NCBI GenBank assembly: GCA_943704425.1
Contig: CALSCP010000382.1
Location: forward strand, 1-64,000
Direction of reading: 5' to 3'
Length of the DNA: 64,000 bases
From: Ministeria vibrans ATCC 50519
Taxonomy: Eukaryota > Protista > Filasterea
The position numbers and the translations under genes were made by a program. Shown here piece after piece: positions 61,501-64,000 of the stretch (the stretch's first letter is position 1; each line of letters starts with the position of its first letter). The notes below the pieces were generated by a model. It was not told where the DNA came from. It did not search any database and saw only the letters and a list, made by a program, of their open reading frames with translations.

Positions 61501-63651
61501 GTCGTCCTTCTTCTCGGTCGGTGCTGCACCAAAACTGAATCCAGAAGACACGGAAGCGCTAGGTGCTCCAAAACCGCCGCCACTCGTGCTTGATGCTGGT
61601 GTACCAAACATTGATGGAGCCCCGAATCCGCCACCTCCAGCACTGCCAAACGGACTGGGTTTGGCCGCACCAAAAGTGCCGTTCATGGAGTTGTTGCTGC
61701 TGGGTGCGCCAAAGGAAGATGTACCGGCATCAACACTAGAAGTGCCTGAGAGCGTCTTGAGCAGCGATGTAACCCATGACACACTGGAAAGAGTGTGTGA
61801 CGCAAACGGAATGCACATGTTGCGCGCATTGAGCTGCTCGCCGAGTGTGGTGCGGAAGCCGTCGTGGCGGAGGAGTGCCGTAAAGGTTGGTGGTAGGTAA
61901 AGCACAAAGACGTGTTTGTCGACAATGTCGGAGTTGTTCTGAAGCGACAGATCGACGGAGCGCATGAGGGCACGGGCACACGCACGCACATACTTGTCGT
62001 CGGCATTGGCCGAGCCCAGTCCCTCAGTCTCGGCCTTGTCAGGTGCCGTCGCAGCGCCACTGACGCCTGCGTCGTCGTCCGAGTCGTCCGAGTCACTGTC
62101 TTCGTCGTCGTCGTCGTCGTTGTTGTTGCCCAGCATGCCGAATCCACCAGCATTGTTGTTCTTTTTGCCCTTCTTTTTGTTTGCCATCGTTCCAAAGCCA
62201 CCTCCACCACCAAATGGAGCGCCAAAGGAAAACGCGTTATTGTTGTTATTATTGTTGTCGTTGTCATTGCTGTTGTCAGTGTCTGCGGCCGTCGAGTTGT
62301 CCGCCACGGCGTCTTCGGCGTTGGTAGCGCGCGCGAGACGACGTCGACGCGCCGACTTGAGGACCTTTGCGTCGAGTGTGCCCTCGAGCAGTGAAAAGAG
62401 AGTCTCGGATGCAGTGGACGCGACAGTGACAAAGGCAGCGTGAGCATGGGTGGCGGCTGCCTCGGCGAGGGAACAAAGATATACGTCGGCGTAGGCGGGT
62501 CCCTTGAGCACGCACACGCGTGGGTTTTTGACTGTGAGATCGCTAAATTGGCGCGCCAAGTGACGACCGTGCGCCGTGGTGCGGTACAGCGTCACATCAC
62601 TCACAAAGGTGGAGATTTGCTCGACAACCTTGTCCGAGGGAGCTGATGGAGTGAGTTTGGCAAAGACGGCGGTAGGTTTACTCGTGAGCGTGATGGCGTG
62701 AGACTCACCAAGCGCGTCGACGACCTTTTGTTCAAAGTCTTCTGTGTCCGACGCAGGCCTGGCGCCCGTTGACGAGGGGGTGAGCGAAGAAGCATCCGAT
62801 GCTGTTGCGAGTGAGGTCGACAGTGGGGCGTCGTCAGGGATCGCCTGGCTTGACACGACGACCACTTCGGGCGTTGGAGCTGCGCTCGCAGCTTTAAAAA
62901 CGTTTGCAGCGGCAACGGCGGCGTCGCTATCGGCCTGAATATGGTTGATACTGGCCATATCGAGGGCAGTGGCGGTAGTGTCGGTGATTGCGGCGGCGGC
63001 CATATCCAAAGGATTGGCTGACACTTGACGGACAGCCGGCGAGTTGGACTGAGACGCGATTGCGGCGGCGGCCATATCCAAAGGATTGGCTGACACTTGA
63101 CGGACAGCCGGCGAGTTGGACTGAGACGCGGTTGCGGCGGCGGCCACTTTGGCGGCCATCGAGATGGACGTGGGGCGTTTGCGCAGGCCGTCCTTTTCGC
63201 CAGGAGTCTCAAGCAGATGGAACTCGGCGACGTCGACGGACGGTGGTGCGAAGTGCTTGGCTTTCAGCAGAGGCTCCTGGCGTTTGGCGACGCGCCAGTA
63301 CTCGCCGTTGATCAGACGCAGGAAGGCAAACGAGACTGGCACATCCTCTTCGTCCATCTGCTCGGCGAGGCGAGTGCGCACTTCGAGAAGAGTGTCCTGC
63401 AAACGTTTGCCAAACGCGATAAAAAAAAAACATTTTTTTTTTCGGGTGTCAAGCAAGAAAAAGGGGGAAAGAAAATGGCGATCTACCTGAGCCATGCATC
63501 GAACAAAGGCAATGTTGGCGTTGGCGACCTTGAGGACAGTCTCAGCGGGGGCGGCACGTCCAGGAAATTGGGCGGCCGGCACAATGTGAACCTTGAAGTC
63601 GCTGAGTTGCTCGCTCAGCTGTCTCTGCAGCGACGTGGGTCGGTTCGACAT
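55527..63651 (-). CDS. Giant Clp/Hsp100 AAA+ protein (~2,500 aa): SPATA1-like N-domain, three degenerate AAA modules, ClpA-like NBD1-NBD2 with inserted thioredoxin
   Basis: NBD1: IGRDAE, GEA|[45 protein letters not shown]2: [51 protein letters not shown] thioredoxin. Upstream ORF 59116..63651 joins in frame through GT-AG intron 59140-59291. Confidence 0.8.
59157..59220. repeat. Intronic 9-bp tandem repeat (GAGAGGAAA)n
   Basis: About six direct copies. Confidence 0.9.
62987..63143. repeat. 72-bp coding tandem duplication ([24 protein letters not shown] x2)
   Basis: Two near-identical in-frame copies. Confidence 0.9.
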
Positions 63652-63780
63652 GATGATGCTTGATCTGTCGAAACTGCTTCAACAAACAAAATATTTATTA
63701 TTTACTAAGGTTATGCCACGATCACTTTTGAACTCACAAGTTCGTATAAAAATTGGATCAGTTCTGCTTCACATTTTATT

Positions 63781-64000
63781 TTATTTTGTTCTTGTGAAAT
63801 GGAACTGCTCGTTTGTGGATACGAGACGAAACTCACGCAAGTCACGCAACAGCGCCAACATGCCAATACTGATCGTGATATTGTCCTTGCAATAAAATTC
63901 CGGCTCCAATAAAAGGTGCTGTTGTTGATTCCGCGCCAAAATCCTGTTCTTTAACCACTTGTTCAAAGGTGGAAGAGACGGGTCGTTTTACACTTTCATG
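63781..64000 (-). CDS. Possible 3' end of a gene running off the window
   Basis: Open frame from the window edge to TAA at 63781; no recognisable motif. Confidence 0.25.

Overview
Gene-dense eukaryotic DNA: GC-rich exons, short GT-AG introns full of (CT)n/(CA)n/(AAT)n microsatellites, AT-rich intergenic spacers and four small N-gaps. Gene content (ASAP-like BAR-PH, MYL6-like light chain, PHF14, MESD, SPATA1-like domain) suggests a unicellular opisthokont/holozoan-like protist; this is inference. About 27 spliced genes can be reconstructed by hand, many in head-to-head pairs: DDX1, FIP1, TMEM115, a saposin-purple acid phosphatase fusion, a split MESD, partial PHGDH, NRBF2/Atg38-like, a beta-propeller glyco-enzyme candidate, anamorsin, BAR-PH-SH3, GH28, SPO16/FAAP24-like, SLC35E1, MFSD14, SAC9-like, STN1/RPA2-like, F-box, PDSS1, a MOB-RhoGAP fusion, a rhomboid, an AFG2-type AAA ATPase, myosin light chain, PHF14, a membrane C2H2 protein, an RPEL-repeat protein and a ~2,500-aa Clp/Hsp100 protein. 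The strongest novelty candidate is the Clp protein: SPATA1-like N-domain, three degenerate AAA modules with FG repeats, and a ClpA-like motor with a WCGPC thioredoxin inserted where the ClpP-docking loop normally lies. The MOB-RhoGAP fusion is second. All family calls come from recalled motif similarity, not database searches. No rRNA, tRNA, CRISPR array or transposase was recognised.
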